Shown one piece after another: positions 28,044 to 37,862 of a stretch of 64,000 nt of DNA. Under the pieces are notes generated by a model, which saw only the letters and a program-made list of their open reading frames with translations, had not been told where the DNA came from and did not search any database. Position 1 is the first letter of the stretch, and each line of letters begins with the position of its first letter. Location: NCBI GenBank assembly GCA_963797095.1, contig CAWCNY010000006.1:672001-736000 (forward strand). Reading direction: 5' to 3'. This stretch comes from an uncultured Chloroflexia bacterium. GTDB taxonomy: Bacteria; Chloroflexota; Chloroflexia; QHBQ01; JADMIH01. The position numbers and the translations under genes are program-made.

Positions 28044-28073
28044 ACTCCGCATTCCACACTCCGAATTCCGCAC
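28044..28073 (+). repeat. heptamer arm, TCCGCAC family
   Basis: actccgcattccacactccgaattccgcac, 28/30 match to the reverse complement of 18204-18233. Confidence 0.8.
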
Positions 28074-28084
28074 CAACCAAGCTT

Positions 28085-29239
28085 ATGAGCACTCGCGCCC
28101 GCAGATTTGATCGCCCCGATTACTGGATACTGGCCGTCGTCGGTATCCTCTGTATCATCGGCGTCCTCATGGTCTTTTCCTCCAGCGGGATCGACCAGGA
28201 GAACAGCAACCTCATCACCAAGCATATCTTCTCGCTGGGCGTCGGTATGGTCGCCATGTTCATAACCATGAGTGTGCCCTACCAGCGCCTTCGCAGGTTC
28301 TCGGTGCCTCTCCTCGTCTTCAGCGCCGTCCTCCTGATGGTGGTGTACGTGATAGCCGAGCCTGTCAACGGTGCCAAGCGCTGGCTCGACCTCGGGATTA
28401 CCACCTTCCAACCCTCGGAGCTGGTCAAGTTCGCGCTTGTCCTCTACCTGGCCGATTGGTGCTACAGCAAGGGCGAGCAGGTGCGCGATCTCTCCAACGG
28501 GCTTGTGCCCTTCGGAATCGTGCTGGGATTCCTGGGTGGCCTCGTCTTCATCGAACCTGACATGGGCACCATGCTCGTTATCTTCGCAATCGGAGTCACC
28601 ATGTACTTCGTGGCGGGTGCCGCCATCCCGCACCTGCTGGGAGGTTTCGTCCTGGCGGCGGCGGGTTTTGTACTGGCTGCCCTCGCCGAGCCATACAGGT
28701 TCGCCCGCATCCTCTCCTTCCTCGACCCCTACAATCCCGCCGAGGAGTTGGGCACCAACTACCACATATTCCAATCGTTGATCACCCTCGGTTCGGGTGG
28801 CCTCACAGGCCAGGGCCTGGGCGCATCACGCGGCAAGTACGGCTGGCTCCCTGAGCAGTCCACCGATGCCATCTTTTCCGTTTGGGGGCAAGAGGTCGGC
28901 TTCCTGGGGGCCATGCTCCTGATCAGCCTCTTCATCGTCCTGGCCTGGCGCGGCTTCCGCGTGGCACGCCTCGCCCCCGACGGTTTTACCGCCTTGCTGT
29001 CGGCAGGGCTTACCACCTGGGTAATAGCCCAGGCGATGATCAATATAGGCGCGGTCAGTGGCGCGATCCCCTTCACGGGCGTGCCCCTCCCCTTCGTGAG
29101 TTACGGAGGCTCCTCCCTGATAATCACCCTGTCAGGCGTCGGTCTCCTGCTCAACTTGAGTCGCTACGCAACCTCCGAGCGCACAGCCCCCGCAACGTCC
29201 GGACTAAGAGTATTGAGGCTAGATAGAAGCAACACGTAA
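28085..29239 (+). CDS. ftsW: SEDS peptidoglycan polymerase FtsW
   Basis: G..MV.SSS, NGA.RW, QPSE..K, EPD.GT, GSGG..G.G.G, LPE..TD.IF, P.TG.PLPF.SYGGSS. Confidence 0.95.
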   Translation: MSTRARRFDRPDYWILAVVGILCIIGVLMVFSSSGIDQENSNLITKHIFSLGVGMVAMFITMSVPYQRLRRFSVPLLVFSAVLLMVVYVIAEPVNGAKRWLDLGITTFQPSELVKFALVLYLADWCYSKGEQVRDLSNGLVPFGIVLGFLGGLVFIEPDMGTMLVIFAIGVTMYFVAGAAIPHLLGGFVLAAAGFVLAALAEPYRFARILSFLDPYNPAEELGTNYHIFQSLITLGSGGLTGQGLGASRGKYGWLPEQSTDAIFSVWGQEVGFLGAMLLISLFIVLAWRGFRVARLAPDGFTALLSAGLTTWVIAQAMINIGAVSGAIPFTGVPLPFVSYGGSSLIITLSGVGLLLNLSRYATSERTAPATSGLRVLRLDRSNT

Positions 29240-29343
29240 CCACTGCATACTACATATTGCTTAGTACCAGGGCATGTTAGCATCAGCATAAACTGTGCTT
29301 TGACGCAAGATGCAGTACGCAGTGCGGAGTACGCAATAAAGGC

Positions 29344-29952
29344 ATGGTAATTACTCTCGAATGGTGGCAATGGGTGCTTCCGGCGGTGTTCCTGGCCGTG
29401 GTGGCCGGGCTTTACATGGGCTGGAAGATCATGGGCCTGTGGACTATCGGGGTTTTCTTCAGCGGCCTGGTGGCTGCCAAGCTTGGGCCAAAGCTCGACC
29501 TGCTGCTCAGTAAGCTGTTGAGCGTCATGGGCCAGTTCGCCGCTATCGCCACCGACAAGCCCGAAGACACGATCACCACGCCCAAAATCGAGATCGCTTC
29601 CCCCTGGGAGCCGGTGGCGACCGCGGCGCTTTTTATCTCGCTGGTGATTTTCTCGTGGTGGGTGGCTCGCAAGCTGGCATCTCGCTCAGGTGGCCTTATC
29701 GACAGCCTGATCGGTGGGGTCTTCGGTGCGTTGGCCTCCGTGCTTGCTTTATCGCAGGCGTTCGACTACTGGGCCGATTTCGTCCAGCGGAGCGGCACCA
29801 ACCCCACCAGTGCCACCCCACAAATATCGATTGGAGTGGCCGCCCTTCCATCCACCAACCCGCTTGTCGGCATGGCGACGGTGGCCCTCGGCCTTTTCCT
29901 GCTGATCGTAATCGTGTACACTATCTGGCGGGCGGCAAAAGCAGCCCTCTAG
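29344..29952 (+). CDS. multi-pass membrane protein, CvpA-like topology
   Basis: About five hydrophobic segments, D.L.G..FGA motif; occupies the usual murG position. Confidence 0.6.
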   Translation: MVITLEWWQWVLPAVFLAVVAGLYMGWKIMGLWTIGVFFSGLVAAKLGPKLDLLLSKLLSVMGQFAAIATDKPEDTITTPKIEIASPWEPVATAALFISLVIFSWWVARKLASRSGGLIDSLIGGVFGALASVLALSQAFDYWADFVQRSGTNPTSATPQISIGVAALPSTNPLVGMATVALGLFLLIVIVYTIWRAAKAAL

Positions 29953-30008
29953 AGAATGCGGAATGCCAATATCATTCCTGACTTAGAACTCCGCATTCCG
30001 CATTCCAC
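29953..30008. repeat. inverted heptamer arms, ATGCGGA/TCCGCAT family
   Basis: agaatgc ggaatgc ... gaactcc gcattcc gcattcc ac. Confidence 0.75.
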
Positions 30009-30009
30009 C

Positions 30010-32451
30010 ATGACACTCCATTGGCACTTCATTGGCATAGGCGGCGCGGGCATGAGCGCGCTTGCCGCTGCTCTGCTCGAGTCGGGGGCTAAAGTCTCCG
30101 GCTCCGATGCCGTCGAATCCGACGCTACTGGTGACCTTCGGGCACACGGGGCCATTATCACCGTCGGCCACAGCGCTGCCAACCTTGGGAATCCCCCGCC
30201 CGACCGTGTGGTAGTCACCGCCGCCCTCCAGCCTGACAACGAGGAATGGCTTGAAGCCCAGCGCCTCAATGTGCCCATCGTTAAGCGCGCGGCCCTCCTG
30301 GGGCAGTTGATGGACACCCGCCGTGGCGTGGCGGTGGCGGGCACCCACGGCAAGACCACCACCTCGGCGATGCTTGCCTGGGCGCTGGCCCGCGCCGGAC
30401 GCGACCCGTCTTACATGGTCGGCAGCACCATCCGTGGCCTCAGTTCCGGCGGTCATTGGGGAGGTGGGCGCGACCTTGTGGCCGAAGCCGACGAGTACGA
30501 CCGCTCCTTCCTGCACCTCCACCCCGAAGTGGCGATCATCACCAACATCGAGACCGACCACCTCGAATACTACGGTTCGGTGGAGGCTATCTTCGGGGCA
30601 TTCGCCGAGTTCGCTCTCAACATCAAACGCGGCGGTCTCCTGGTGCTCTGCGGCGACGATGCCGGGGCGCGTAAGCTTGGTCAAGAGCTATCCGAAGGCT
30701 CTCCTCCCTTCCGTGTACAATACTACGGCTCGTCCTCAGATGCCCTCTGGAGGCCGGGAGCCATAGGAGCCAACACTCAGGGCGGCAGCGACTTCACAGT
30801 CCTTTACAACGGCAGTGAGGCCGCGCGCGTTTCCCTTCGCATCCCTGGCAGGCACAACGTCCTCAATGCCCTTGGCGCGATTGCTGCTCTTGCTGAGCTT
30901 GGCATCCAGCCTGACCAGTCGGCGCAACTACTCCATGATTTTGAGGGCAGCGGGCGTCGCTTCGAGGTCAAGGGCGAAGCCTGGGGCGTGACCGTTGTGG
31001 ACGATTATGGCCACCACCCAACCGAGATCAGCGCAACCCTCGCCGCAGCCCGCCAGCGCTACCCAAACCGCCGCCTCTACCTGGTATTCCAGCCGCATAC
31101 CTACACGCGCACCCGCGATTTTCTCGGCGACTTCGCCGCCGCACTCAGCGAAGCCGACAGGTGCATTGTCACCGAGATATACGCCTCTCGCGAGCACGAC
31201 ACCCTGGGCATGAGCGGCAGGGACATCGTACAGCGTATGACGGGTGCAAACGTAGAGTTCGCCGCCACCCTCGAAGAAGCCCGTGATCTTCTGCTGGACG
31301 ACTTGCAGCCCGGTGACGTGCTGCTCACGATGGGCGCTGGCGATATTACCAAGCTGGCCGGATGGGTGCTGGACGACCTTCAAGAACGGGCGATGGATGA
31401 TAGATGGGACGTGGAGGACGAAGGACGCCTGCCGACTAAGCTACATATCCCGGTAGCTACCAAGTGGCATAGTGCTGTCCCACAAGCGGCCAGGAGTTCC
31501 TGGCGCTTCACTCCTGACCTCGCAGGCGAGTTACAGGATGCCACGGGCCTACAGGTCGTAAGCGATGAGCCGATGAGCAAGCACAACTCTTTGCGCATTG
31601 GCGGTCCTGCACAATTGTTTGTAGCCCCTGATACCACCGATCAATTGGTCAAAGCTGTCCTATTCGCCCGGCGGCGAGCAATACCGCACCTGGTGATAGG
31701 CAACGGCACCAATATAATGGCCGGGGATTACGGCATAGAGGGGCTGGTGATCCACAACCGCACCCGCGACATATCCCATGAGGTTGAAAATGGCGGCCAA
31801 ACCAGCATCTGGACGGTATCCTCCGGCGTGCTGTTCAGCAGGTTGGCGCGCCTCACCTGCGAGGCCGGCTGGGCAGGCCTTGAATGGTCGAACAGCGTGC
31901 CGGGCAGCGTTGGCGGTGGCGTGGTCAGTAACGCCGGAGCGCACGGCAAAGAACTAAAGGACAACCTCATAGACATCCAGGTGCTTACATTGGAAGGTGT
32001 GCTGGACACCTGGCCCGTCGAGAGCCTGCAACTCGGCTACAGGGCCAGCAGGTTCAAAGCCCACGGGCACCGCGAACTATCCGCAGGCGAGGTGATTCTG
32101 AGCGCCTGTTTACGGCTCTATCGCGACGCGGAGAGAGGTTGCGACGCTCGCCTGCGCGCATTCTTAAAAGAACGGCAGGAGAAGCAGCCCCAGGGCAAAA
32201 GCGCAGGCTCGACGTTCAAGAACCCTCCCAACTACTCGGCGGGCTGGCTGATCGAGCAGGTGGGGCTGAAAGGGCACAGGCACGGGCAGGCCCAGTTCTC
32301 GCCCAAGCACGCCAACTTCATGATGAACCTGGGCGGCGCTACCGCCGAAGATGTGCTCTATTTGATACGCCTTGCCCAGAAAGAGGTCTTTGCACGTTTC
32401 GGCGTTACCTTGGAGCCTGAGATCGAGCTAGTAGGCGACATTGAGCTATAA
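30010..32451 (+). CDS. fused MurC (L-alanine ligase) - MurB (enolpyruvyl reductase)
   Basis: MurC motifs HFIGIGG.GMS, GTHGKTTT, EADE.D.SF, DDY.HHP.E, FQPH, MGAG, followed in frame by MurB motifs IGG.A, G.G.N, PG.VGG...NAGA, YR.S, SAGS.FKNP, KHANF, LE.E. Confidence 0.92.
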   Translation: MTLHWHFIGIGGAGMSALAAALLESGAKVSGSDAVESDATGDLRAHGAIITVGHSAANLGNPPPDRVVVTAALQPDNEEWLEAQRLNVPIVKRAALLGQLMDTRRGVAVAGTHGKTTTSAMLAWALARAGRDPSYMVGSTIRGLSSGGHWGGGRDLVAEADEYDRSFLHLHPEVAIITNIETDHLEYYGSVEAIFGAFAEFALNIKRGGLLVLCGDDAGARKLGQELSEGSPPFRVQYYGSSSDALWRPGAIGANTQGGSDFTVLYNGSEAARVSLRIPGRHNVLNALGAIAALAELGIQPDQSAQLLHDFEGSGRRFEVKGEAWGVTVVDDYGHHPTEISATLAAARQRYPNRRLYLVFQPHTYTRTRDFLGDFAAALSEADRCIVTEIYASREHDTLGMSGRDIVQRMTGANVEFAATLEEARDLLLDDLQPGDVLLTMGAGDITKLAGWVLDDLQERAMDDRWDVEDEGRLPTKLHIPVATKWHSAVPQAARSSWRFTPDLAGELQDATGLQVVSDEPMSKHNSLRIGGPAQLFVAPDTTDQLVKAVLFARRRAIPHLVIGNGTNIMAGDYGIEGLVIHNRTRDISHEVENGGQTSIWTVSSGVLFSRLARLTCEAGWAGLEWSNSVPGSVGGGVVSNAGAHGKELKDNLIDIQVLTLEGVLDTWPVESLQLGYRASRFKAHGHRELSAGEVILSACLRLYRDAERGCDARLRAFLKERQEKQPQGKSAGSTFKNPPNYSAGWLIEQVGLKGHRHGQAQFSPKHANFMMNLGGATAEDVLYLIRLAQKEVFARFGVTLEPEIELVGDIEL

Positions 32452-32518
32452 TATGAGCTTAGGCGCGAGGCAACCAAACTCTAAGAATGGGAGCAATTCT
32501 ATGGAAGGACCGTTACAA

Positions 32519-32845
32519 ATGCCCAAAATTGTGGAAAAACCCTGGGGTCGCGAGATATGGTATGCTCATACCGACCATTACGCGGGCAAAGTGCTTGAGG
32601 TGCTGGCAGGCAAGCGGCTCAGCCTCCAGATGCACGAGATCAAAGAGGAGACCCTCTATCTCCTCTCAGGCAAAGTGATCCTCACCTATGGCGACCGCAC
32701 CTACGATTGGGAGGCCGGGCAGCTAGTCTATATACCGACGGGTACCATACACCGCTTCGAGGCGATAGAGGACTCAGTGCTGCTTGAAGTCTCAACCCCT
32801 TATCTGGAAGACGTGGTACGCATAGAGGACGATTACGGGCGATAG
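32519..32845 (+). CDS. cupin (mannose-6-phosphate isomerase C-terminal-like)
   Basis: VEKPWG.E, LSLQ.H..K.E, HRF, EVSTP...DVVR.EDDYGR; start uncertain. Confidence 0.8.
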   Translation: MPKIVEKPWGREIWYAHTDHYAGKVLEVLAGKRLSLQMHEIKEETLYLLSGKVILTYGDRTYDWEAGQLVYIPTGTIHRFEAIEDSVLLEVSTPYLEDVVRIEDDYGR

Positions 32846-32894
32846 CCCTGATCGTCAATCGGTAGTCGGAATCGGTTGACCGTCATAAGGAACT

Positions 32895-34067
32895 GTGTTG
32901 GCACGTAAGATACGAGTTGGTGTGCTTTTCGGGGGCCAGTCCAGCGAACACGAAGTTTCGCTGGCTTCGGCGCGTAGCGTCCTACGCGCAATGGACCCGG
33001 AAAAGTACGACATTGTTCCCATCGGCATTACCAAGCGCGGCGTGTGGCTCACCACGGGCGACCCGCTGGCCCAACTGCGGGCGGGCACGTCAGGCGAATT
33101 GCCTAGCCCTCCATCAGGCTCATCCCTAATAGCGCCCGATCCTCAAGGCGAAGGGCGTGCCGAGATAGTCGAGATCGTGCCAGGCAAAAACGGCATGACC
33201 GAAATGACCGCTCGCGTTGGCGAACGCCTGGATGTGATCTTCCCTGTGTTGCATGGCCCATACGGTGAAGACGGCACCGTTCAAGGCGCGCTTGCCCTGG
33301 CCGGCATACCATACATCGGCTCCGAGGTGCTCGGTTCTGCCGTTGGGATGGACAAGATCACCATGAAGAGCCTATTCCGAGATCATGGTCTGCCGGTGCC
33401 ACCCTACACATCTACCAGCCGTGCTGAGTGGGAGCGCGACCCTCACGATGTGCAGGAGCGGGCTGAACGTCTGCTTCACTACCCGATGTTCGCCAAGCCA
33501 TCCAACATGGGATCGAGCGTTGGCGTGAGCAAGATACACACACCTGAGGAGTTCGCCGACGCCGTGACGCTGGCTGCCCGCTACGACAGGCGCGTTCTGA
33601 TCGAGCAGGGCCTGGATGCCCGTGAATGCGAGTGCGCCGTGCTCGGCAACGACGCCCCGCAAGCCTCTGTAGTTGGCGAGGTCGTCCCCGGCAATGAGTT
33701 CTACGACTACCGGGCCAAGTATGTAGACGACAACTCCGACCTGATCATCCCGGCCAGAATACCAGACCACCTTGCCGAAGAAATCAGGCGCTTGTCCGTG
33801 CGGGCATTTACCGCTCTCGACTGTGCGGGTATGGCCCGCGTCGACTTCTTTGTGGAGCGTGACCTTTCGCAGGTGTGGATCAACGAGTTGAACACCATTC
33901 CAGGGTTCACGCGCATCTCGATGTATCCTAAGCTGTGGGAAGCATCAGGCATAAGCTACTCCGAGCTTATAGATCGTCTTATCGAACTGGCTTTCGAGCG
34001 CCACCAGGATCGTCATGTGAGCAAGAAAGCCCTGGATGATTTAGGTACCGATCTGGGCAACGTATAA
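32895..34067 (+). CDS. ddl: D-alanine--D-alanine ligase
   Basis: FGG.S.EHEVSL.SA, LHGPYGEDG..QG, MDK, GSS.G, YDY.AKY, RVDFF, NE.NT.PG.T..S.YP. Confidence 0.96.
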   Translation: MLARKIRVGVLFGGQSSEHEVSLASARSVLRAMDPEKYDIVPIGITKRGVWLTTGDPLAQLRAGTSGELPSPPSGSSLIAPDPQGEGRAEIVEIVPGKNGMTEMTARVGERLDVIFPVLHGPYGEDGTVQGALALAGIPYIGSEVLGSAVGMDKITMKSLFRDHGLPVPPYTSTSRAEWERDPHDVQERAERLLHYPMFAKPSNMGSSVGVSKIHTPEEFADAVTLAARYDRRVLIEQGLDARECECAVLGNDAPQASVVGEVVPGNEFYDYRAKYVDDNSDLIIPARIPDHLAEEIRRLSVRAFTALDCAGMARVDFFVERDLSQVWINELNTIPGFTRISMYPKLWEASGISYSELIDRLIELAFERHQDRHVSKKALDDLGTDLGNV

Positions 34068-34075
34068 GGGGCAAT

Positions 34076-34951
34076 ATGGGTCGCCGAAGCAATACAAGTG
34101 ACCATCTCCAAATGGTTCCTCGCGTCCAGGCGCACGTGCTGGGGGCCGAGGGGCACCCTGCCATGCTCGGTGAAAGTGGCGGCAAGCGGCGCGAAGGTGC
34201 CGAGAAGCAGGGTTGGCGGTTATTCAGTGAGGACGTGCGGCGTGGCCGCTTCTTCGCGTTGGTGGGCCTTGTTCTCATATTCGCTGCGGGTGTTTCGTTT
34301 GCCACCTCGCCCGAATACATGGTGGACTCGGTGACGGTCGAGGGGAGCACCGTATTGAGCCTGGAACAGGCCAACGCCATCGCTGGCGTGCAGGGAGCCA
34401 ATATTTTCACGGTAGATGCCGAGGCGGTGCGCGAGCGCCTGGCCGAGAAAGCTGCACTCCTGAAGGGCGTGTCGGTCGAGACTCGCCTGCCCAATAGCGT
34501 CATCATCCACGTGCAAGAGCGCAAACCCGCGACCGTGTGGGTGATCGGCGATGGTACTCCGTTGCTGGCAAGCGACGACCACGTTGTGGTCGGCTATGCC
34601 TCTACCCTCAACGGCTTTGTCACCATATTCGACAGAGGTCCAATGACCGACACATTGGAGATAGGCAAGCCGCTGCCGGTGCACAAAGCCGATGCCGCCG
34701 ACACAGCCCAGCAAATCTACCTGACTCTCCCTGAAGCCACAGGTCTACAGTTGCGCCAACTCGAATGGGACCCGGCAGACGGTGTATCGGCCATTACGGT
34801 CACCGGTGAGCGGATTGAGTTCGGCACAGGCGATCAGCTAGAGCAAAAAATCAAGATCGTGCAGGCCGTAGTGAAACAATCGGCAACCAGTTGGCAGCCC
34901 TGGACCGTCCTTGATGTGCGCTCGGTGGACAGGCCAAGCATCAAGCGATAG
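34076..34951 (+). CDS. ftsQ: cell division protein FtsQ/DivIB
   Basis: Single TM, POTRA-like V.VEG, LPN...I.V.ER.P, FG, D.R...P C-terminus; start uncertain. Confidence 0.85.
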   Translation: MGRRSNTSDHLQMVPRVQAHVLGAEGHPAMLGESGGKRREGAEKQGWRLFSEDVRRGRFFALVGLVLIFAAGVSFATSPEYMVDSVTVEGSTVLSLEQANAIAGVQGANIFTVDAEAVRERLAEKAALLKGVSVETRLPNSVIIHVQERKPATVWVIGDGTPLLASDDHVVVGYASTLNGFVTIFDRGPMTDTLEIGKPLPVHKADAADTAQQIYLTLPEATGLQLRQLEWDPADGVSAITVTGERIEFGTGDQLEQKIKIVQAVVKQSATSWQPWTVLDVRSVDRPSIKR

Positions 34952-34963
34952 CAGCACTGCAAG

Positions 34964-34998
34964 CACAAAACCGGCGCTACTTTGGCGCCGGTTTTGTG
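34964..34998. terminator. bidirectional intrinsic terminator
   Basis: cacaaaaccggcgc-tactttg-gcgccggttttgtg between convergent genes. Confidence 0.8.
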
Positions 34999-35064
34999 GT
35001 ATTCTATTCTATTGTTTGGCTGTTAGCCGATGTGCAGGCTGATGGCCTTTCCGGCCTCTCATAT

Positions 35065-36006
35065 TTATCTGTGTGTACCTGTACCTGGCGTCTCCGTTTT
35101 CAGGGCGAACTCGTACTTTGCGGCGCTGCCTGCGTCGACAGCTATTCCTTTGGTCATTGAGCTATAGCCTTGCGCGCTCACCGTGACCTCATACTGGCCT
35201 GGGGCAACCATGAAGCTCACACTCCCTTGCTTGTCAGTCGTCGCATGGGCGACGATATGGCCATCATGGGAGGCTACGACTACGTTAGCATTGACGATAG
35301 GTTTGCCGACCATCGCGTCGACCACGTTGATAACGAGCTTGTTGAGCGAAGGAGCGGGCGGCGTCATTGGCGTGAGGAGTGCATCATGTTGGGTTTCCTG
35401 TCCGGCCTTCACATCCAGGCCCACCTTCTGGCTGACATACTTATCCTTCTCTATGACCACGATGTAGTTGTTTGCGGGCACTTTGGCGACGAAAGATCCC
35501 TGGCCGTTAGTTTTTCCGGCAGCAACCTCATAATTCTTATTGTCCCTTACACTCACATGTGCACCTGCTAACCCCGTTTTCGTAACTGCATCCATCGTAT
35601 GCACGGATATCTTGCCGAGCATGCTCGTCTGCCACAGGACCGCATCCTGGGTGGTGTTGTTGCCTGATGTGACCGCGATATTGCCACTCCAGCCTTCGTA
35701 ACCCTTTGCCATAGCAGTTAGAGAATAGTTACCTGGGTCTAGCGTGAACCGTACTTCGCCCGTAGTGTAATCGGTTTTACCCACCGCCACGACGCCGGAT
35801 GCTCTGTAGACTACGACCGTGGCTCCGCCTACGGGCAATATACTGGGGTAGCTGTGCGCGCTTATGGTGGCCACTCCCAGACCGGGAATAGGGTCGCTAG
35901 AGGCAAGGCTGGCAGTTGGGAATGACATAGCGACAAGGGCCACGATAGCTGCGAATACGCTCCAGAAGCGTGCAGTTCGGGGCAGAACGTCAAATTTACG
36001 AAACAT
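35065..36006 (-). CDS. secreted protein with three carboxypeptidase-regulatory-like beta-sandwich repeats
   Basis: Signal peptide; repeats of GA.V.V...G.T...G...F.L.PG.Y...A.GY; GGAGG RBS. Confidence 0.8.
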   Translation of the reverse strand: MFRKFDVLPRTARFWSVFAAIVALVAMSFPTASLASSDPIPGLGVATISAHSYPSILPVGGATVVVYRASGVVAVGKTDYTTGEVRFTLDPGNYSLTAMAKGYEGWSGNIAVTSGNNTTQDAVLWQTSMLGKISVHTMDAVTKTGLAGAHVSVRDNKNYEVAAGKTNGQGSFVAKVPANNYIVVIEKDKYVSQKVGLDVKAGQETQHDALLTPMTPPAPSLNKLVINVVDAMVGKPIVNANVVVASHDGHIVAHATTDKQGSVSFMVAPGQYEVTVSAQGYSSMTKGIAVDAGSAAKYEFALKTETPGTGTHR

Positions 36007-36287
36007 CTGAAACCTCCAATTGACTGTGTTTGTCTTCTTGTGTTTGATTCGCTGACTGGTTTTGCTTCAGCAATTCGTTACTGTTCTACGCTGAAAATGA
36101 ACCGCATATTCAGCTGGTCTGCTAGTAGTTTAGCATCAAATATTGGTCTGTGGTGGGTTAATGCGGAATGAGCGAAAAGTACCAGGGTAGAGTCTGATGC
36201 TTTCGCTGTAGCCTTAGTTTCCTGGATTAGCCAGATCAGGTTACGTCTCACACCGGAGGTACTATGTCGCCTGCACTGGGCAAATAA

Positions 36288-36317
36288 CAAGGCCTGCGGA
36301 GTTCTCCGCAGGCCTTG
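36288..36317. terminator. perfect hairpin between the two secreted paralogs
   Basis: caaggcctgcgga-gttc-tccgcaggccttg. Confidence 0.65.
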
Positions 36318-36381
36318 TGGCCTTGATATTACGCGATTTTCGGCTTTGTATCCCAGCCGACCTAAGCCTTTGATCTACTGC

Positions 36382-37359
36382 TCATCGGGTATCCGGCAGA
36401 TTATCGGGCAAAGGAATCGTGCATTCAGTGGTATTGCCTGCTATTATGACGACCTCAGTTGACATCGTCATATAGTTGGGGGCACTCGCTGTAACGACAT
36501 ACCTGCCTTCAATAAGGTCAAAGCTTATGGTCCCTACCTTGTTAGTCGTACCCTGAGCGACGATCTTTCCAGTCGATTCAGCTACCGTTACGTTGGCTCC
36601 TGGGATGGGATCTTTACTAATAGTATCAACGACATGGACATCAAGCATGCCTATCCCCGGCATAAGAATCGCATCGTAGTGGATATCCTTACCGACTATC
36701 ACATCAAGCATCGTCTTTTGTGCGACATACTTGTCGAGTTCCATGACGAATGTATAAGTATTCGCGGGTAGCTTGACATAATAGTAGCCCTTGATGTTAG
36801 TAGTGCCAACCGCCATCCGAAAACCGCCACGATCATAGATTGTTACCTGCACACCTTTCAGGAGTGCCTTAGTAACGCCGTCCATAGCGGTGATGGATAC
36901 TGCACCGGTCTGATCAGTTCGCCACATGACCGCATCCGTGGCGGTCTTGGTGCCTCCTCTGATCTCCACCTGGGAAGCCCAGTTTTCAAACTCGTCGGCA
37001 ACGACTGTGACAATATAGATTCCGGGACTCAACTTCAATTCAGCATTACCTGATTGGTTGGTGCTACCCTTGGCGATCAGCGTGCCTGACAGGTCGCGAA
37101 CTATGACCCCGGCCCCGGGAATGCCCAGCCAGAGTGGGTAGCTATAGGCGTTCAATTCCAGAACACCCTGTTTACCCTCATTTGGGGCGGATGCGCCTTG
37201 AAAGACCTCACCCGGACCTGGCGTACCCATATCCTTAGATGGGTTGATTGCTGCACGGCTTCCGGCCGGGAAAGTCATAGTAGCAAGTGCTACAATAACC
37301 ATGGCCATACCGGAGAGCTTTGCTGCTCTTTTTATGGATCGGAAAAGAGTGACCATCTT
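36382..37359 (-). CDS. secreted protein with three carboxypeptidase-regulatory-like repeats, paralog of 35065-36006
   Basis: Shares AYSYP/AHSYP, TDAVMW/QDAVLW, MD.VTK, LPANTY/VPANNY, DKYV.QK; start MVTLF after GGAGG. Confidence 0.8.
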   Translation of the reverse strand, partial: KMVTLFRSIKRAAKLSGMAMVIVALATMTFPAGSRAAINPSKDMGTPGPGEVFQGASAPNEGKQGVLELNAYSYPLWLGIPGAGVIVRDLSGTLIAKGSTNQSGNAELKLSPGIYIVTVVADEFENWASQVEIRGGTKTATDAVMWRTDQTGAVSITAMDGVTKALLKGVQVTIYDRGGFRMAVGTTNIKGYYYVKLPANTYTFVMELDKYVAQKTMLDVIVGKDIHYDAILMPGIGMLDVHVVDTISKDPIPGANVTVAESTGKIVAQGTTNKVGTISFDLIEGRYVVTASAPNYMTMSTEVVIIAGNTTECTIPLPDNLPDTR

Positions 37360-37711
37360 GAACCTCCTTTTCCAGAGTTGACTGCATTCGTTCGAAATCG
37401 TGGCTGGGAGAGCAAGGCCACACATACAAATAGCCCAACCGCATTGTCTGGCCGGTCAGGAGAGGTCCTTCATGACACATTAAGAATATCCTTACTTGGT
37501 TACAGCATTGGTGGAAGGAGGTGAATGACAGGTGTCAGGTTGCAGATGGCTAGCTCAGATAAAGAGAGGTGGTCGGGCAACATCTCTTCGTCTGATATCA
37601 ATCTGCAATCCCCTCCACTACAGAGGGCGAAAATATGTTCCAGATGTCTTGCCTTACCAAATGCCTTGTTATGGGGACAAACGGAAGATATAACAGATGC
37701 AACTGGAAGAC

Positions 37712-37720
37712 TTATCCACA
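37712..37720 (+). promoter_or_regulatory. perfect DnaA box upstream of ftsA
   Basis: TTATCCACA; one-mismatch copy TTATCCATA at 37842; TATAAT at 37739. Confidence 0.45.
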
Positions 37721-37862
37721 AATAGTGCAAAAGAGGTTTATAATATGCGGAAGCGGAGTAGAATGATCTCCCTAGCTCGACCCAGGAGGTACTGGGAGCC
37801 GATAGGGAGGCATGCTATAAACTGGCCGCAATGCATGACCCTTATCCATACCTGGCAAACCT

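Noticed and set aside
36007-37860. tRNA, riboswitch or other known ncRNA in the long spacers (also 6224-6612 and 44797-45179)
   Set aside because: No recognisable cloverleaf or riboswitch consensus by eye; an Rfam scan would be needed.
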